A stretch of 64,000 nt of DNA from Thermodesulfobacteriota bacterium (GTDB lineage: Bacteria > Desulfobacterota > Desulfobacteria > Desulfobacterales > C00003060), in the NCBI GenBank assembly GCA_034189385.1, contig JAXHVD010000014.1:32001-96000 (forward strand), in the 5' to 3' direction. A model generated the notes under the pieces. The model worked only from the letters and a program-made list of their open reading frames with translations, was not told the DNA's origin and did no database searches. Of the stretch, positions 61,031 to 64,000 are shown in pieces. The first letter of the stretch is position 1. The number at the start of each line of letters is the position of its first letter. Position numbers and translations under genes: made by a program.

Positions 61031-64000
61031 GTGACTCAAAAAGAGGACATGGGGCAACGGCGGTCCAGGCTCTCACCGGCCAAGGGAGCGCTGCTTGAGA
61101 AACGGCTGCAACAGGCGCTGACGGCCGATTTTGAATCGAAAGTAATCCCTAAGCGTCCAGAGCCAGAAGACGTACCTCTGTCTTTCGCTCAGGAACGCTT
61201 TTGGTTCCTTCATCAGCTGGAGCCTGGCAACCCTGCTTACAACCGTCCTTTTGCCCTTCGTCTCACGGGCCCGCTCAACGTGACCGCCTTGGAGCAGACC
61301 CTTAGTGAAATCTTGCGCCGGCACGAGACACTGCGGGCAACTTTCTCCTCCATGGACGGACGACCGGTCCAGGCCATTTCCCCCGCCCGACCCGTGACTC
61401 TTGCGGTGACAGATCTGAGCAGGCAACCTGATCCGGAACGAGAAGCGCAGGCCAGGCAGTTGGCGGCTGTGGAAGCCCAGCGATCCTTTGATCTGGTCCA
61501 AGGGCCTTTGGTTCGGGCCACCTTGCTACGTCTAGACAACGAGGAGCACCTGCTACTGCTGGTGATACACCATATTGCCTTTGATGGCTGGTCCGCCAAA
61601 GTGCTCATCCGTGAGCTCACGGCGATCTATGAAGCTTTTTCCAAGGGGAGCCCGTCGCCGCTGGCTGAACTGCCTATCCAGTGCGCAGATTTTGCACTCT
61701 GGCAGCGACAGTGGCTGCAGGGTGATGTCTTCAAGATACAGCTCTCCTATTGGCAAGACCAACTGGCAGGTTCCCCACCCTCACTGGATCTCCCCGCGGA
61801 TTACCCACGGCCGGCGACACAGACGCATCGGGGGAGACGTGAAGCCGTGACGTTGCCTGTCTCTTTGTTGAGATCACTAAAAACCCTAAGCCAGCAGGAG
61901 GGCGTCACCCTGTTCATGGTATTGCTGGCAGCCTTCCAGGTCCTGCTGCATCGGTATACGGGAAAGGATGACATCGTCGTGGGCTGTCCTATTTCAGGCC
62001 GCACCCACGTGGAGACAGAAAAAGTGATCGGGTTTTTGGTCAATACCTTGGTCCTTCGGACTGACCTGTCTGGCAACCCGACTTTTCGGGAACTATTGAG
62101 TCGGGTCCGTGAGGTGGCAATGGGCGCCTACGCCCACCAGGATCTGCCCTTCGAGAAACTCATAGAGGAGTTGAAATTGGACCGGGACCTCAGCAGAACA
62201 CCGTTATTTCAGGTCATGTTCAACTTGGAGAATGTTCCTGGAGAGGTAGTGCTAACACAAGACCTGACCTTAGATGAATTCGAATTTGACAGTCGCGTCT
62301 CACAGTTCGATTTGACCTTGGAAGTAGTGGAGAAGACCGACGGGCTGTCCTGTTTGTGGGTGTACAACAGCGACTTATTTGATGAGACCACTGTTAAGCG
62401 AATGTCAGGACATTTTAGGACTTTGTTAGAAGGCATTGTGGCCAATCCAGGACAGCGCATCGGATTGTTGCCACTTCTAACGGAATCTGAACGACATCAG
62501 TTTCTGGTGGAGTGGAATGACAATCGAGTCCACTATCCCGAGGATCAGTGCGTCCATCAGCTTTTTGAGTCTCAGGCGAAACGAACGCCCGACGCCGTTG
62601 CGGCGGTCTTTAAGGACCAGCAGATGACTTACGACGAGCTGAACCGTCGGGCAAATTGCCTGGCACACTACCTGCGCAAGCTTGGGGTGGGGCCGGACAT
62701 CTTGGTAGGAGTTTGTGTGGAGCGCTCCTTGGAGATGGTAGTGGGGCTGCTGGGCGTTCTCAAGGCCGGGGGTGCTTATGTCCCTCTGGATCCGGCCTAT
62801 CCTGAAAAGCGCTTGGCCTTCATGGTGGAAGAGACAGAGGCGCCGGCGTTATTGAGCCAAAAGCACCTGGCAAAAAGGTTTAGCGATACCGGGGTAAAAG
62901 TCGTGTGTCTGGACAGAGATTGGGATGTAATCTCCCGAGAACCAGAAGAGAATCCTCTTTCTGAAACAGGGCCCCGCAATTTACTCTATCTGATTTACAC
63001 TTCGGGTTCCACGGGAAAACCGAAAGGGGTGGAAATCGAACATAGGGGGGTAGTCAGTCTTATCTCGTGGCAGCAACGAACATTCTCTGTGTCTGAGGCA
63101 GACCGAGCGACCCAGCTTGGAGCACTTTCTTTTGATATGACCGTCATGGAGCTGTGGCCTTATCTGACTGCGGGAGCAACCGTGCATTTCCCGCCGGATA
63201 ACGAAACGCGCACGTCGCCCTTGCAACTCCGTGATTGGTTGGTCTCAGAGGCAATTACCATCAGCGACCTGGTGACCCCATTGGCGGAATGGGTTCTGCC
63301 GCTGAGCTGGCCCAAAGGTTCCGCACTTCGGACCCTTGTGACTGGGGGCGACAAACTCAGTTCTTATCCTTCAGACGACTTGCCTTTTGAGTTTGTGAAC
63401 ACCTACGGCCCTGCAGAGTACACGGTACTCACGACATGGGCTACTATTGAACCAAATCAGCGAGCCCACTCAGCGCCACCTATCGGCCGACCCATCGATA
63501 ATACGCAGGTGTACCTGCTCGACAAATACTTACAGCCTGTTCCCATCGGCGTACCTGGTGAGCTGTACGTTGGCGGTGTGGGCCTGGCCCGAGGCTATCT
63601 CAAGCGCCCGGAGCTGACGGCCGAGAAGTTCATACCCCATCCATTCAGCCATGCCCCCGGTGCGCGTCTTTACAAAACTGGCGACCTGGCCCGTTATTTG
63701 CCCGATGGGGCCATTGAGTTCCTCGGCAGGATGGACAGCCAGGTCAAGATTCGTGGCTGCCGTGTGGAACTGGGAGAGATTGAGACAATACTAGGGCAAC
63801 ATCCAGCTGTGAACAAAGCCGTGGTCTTGGCCACAGAGAGGGGAAGCAAACACGGCCGCCTTCCGATTTCACCGGCAACAGACAAGATCCTGGCAGCCTA
63901 TGTGGTACTGCACAAGGGCCACTCTGTGTCCACTAGTGGACTGCGCCGGTTTCTGAAAGAGAGACTGCCGGAGTATATGGCCCCTTCAGCGTTTGTGGAA
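61031..64000 (+). CDS. Non-ribosomal peptide synthetase, C-A domains (runs off the window)
   Basis: Hand translation at spot-checked positions, all in one frame: LSPAKGALLEKRL, LSFAQERFWFLHQLEP, HHIAFDGWS (near 61568), YLIYTSGSTGKPKGV (near 62987), NTYGPAE, GELYVGG, YKTGDL, QVKIRGCRVELGEIE, LPEYM. Absent from the ORF track because no stop falls in the window. Confidence 0.96.
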   Translation, partial: MTQKEDMGQRRSRLSPAKGALLEKRLQQALTADFESKVIPKRPEPEDVPLSFAQERFWFLHQLEPGNPAYNRPFALRLTGPLNVTALEQTLSEILRRHETLRATFSSMDGRPVQAISPARPVTLAVTDLSRQPDPEREAQARQLAAVEAQRSFDLVQGPLVRATLLRLDNEEHLLLLVIHHIAFDGWSAKVLIRELTAIYEAFSKGSPSPLAELPIQCADFALWQRQWLQGDVFKIQLSYWQDQLAGSPPSLDLPADYPRPATQTHRGRREAVTLPVSLLRSLKTLSQQEGVTLFMVLLAAFQVLLHRYTGKDDIVVGCPISGRTHVETEKVIGFLVNTLVLRTDLSGNPTFRELLSRVREVAMGAYAHQDLPFEKLIEELKLDRDLSRTPLFQVMFNLENVPGEVVLTQDLTLDEFEFDSRVSQFDLTLEVVEKTDGLSCLWVYNSDLFDETTVKRMSGHFRTLLEGIVANPGQRIGLLPLLTESERHQFLVEWNDNRVHYPEDQCVHQLFESQAKRTPDAVAAVFKDQQMTYDELNRRANCLAHYLRKLGVGPDILVGVCVERSLEMVVGLLGVLKAGGAYVPLDPAYPEKRLAFMVEETEAPALLSQKHLAKRFSDTGVKVVCLDRDWDVISREPEENPLSETGPRNLLYLIYTSGSTGKPKGVEIEHRGVVSLISWQQRTFSVSEADRATQLGALSFDMTVMELWPYLTAGATVHFPPDNETRTSPLQLRDWLVSEAITISDLVTPLAEWVLPLSWPKGSALRTLVTGGDKLSSYPSDDLPFEFVNTYGPAEYTVLTTWATIEPNQRAHSAPPIGRPIDNTQVYLLDKYLQPVPIGVPGELYVGGVGLARGYLKRPELTAEKFIPHPFSHAPGARLYKTGDLARYLPDGAIEFLGRMDSQVKIRGCRVELGEIETILGQHPAVNKAVVLATERGSKHGRLPISPATDKILAAYVVLHKGHSVSTSGLRRFLKERLPEYMAPSAFVE

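Overview
64-kb chromosomal segment, most likely from a sulfate-reducer-like Desulfobacterota (inferred from gene content and gene order; not confirmed). Housekeeping blocks: lspA-ileS, groESL, hflKC, a small bS22/AURKAIP1-like ORF missed by the ORF track, tRNA-Ser(CGA), tRNA-Thr(CGT), a livKHMGF-type ABC transporter, nrdJ-lysR-coaD-rsmD-ntrX-ntrY-DUF4390-lpxC. Accessory blocks: a complete classical (o-succinylbenzoate) menaquinone operon; a secreted clan GH-A hydrolase; a DUF5752-treT-otsB-otsA trehalose cluster; a four-gene polysaccharide-export module (degenerate HD-GYP, ExeA-like ATPase, FG-GAP beta-propeller/Wza fusion, Wzc almost without its Tyr cluster); and the start of an NRPS cluster whose loading protein is an oxalate-CoA-ligase-like domain fused to a carrier domain. 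Intergenic spaces carry at least five families of short non-autonomous elements, including one nested inside another. No transposase, integrase or CRISPR array was seen. All calls come from reading motifs by eye; no database search was run.
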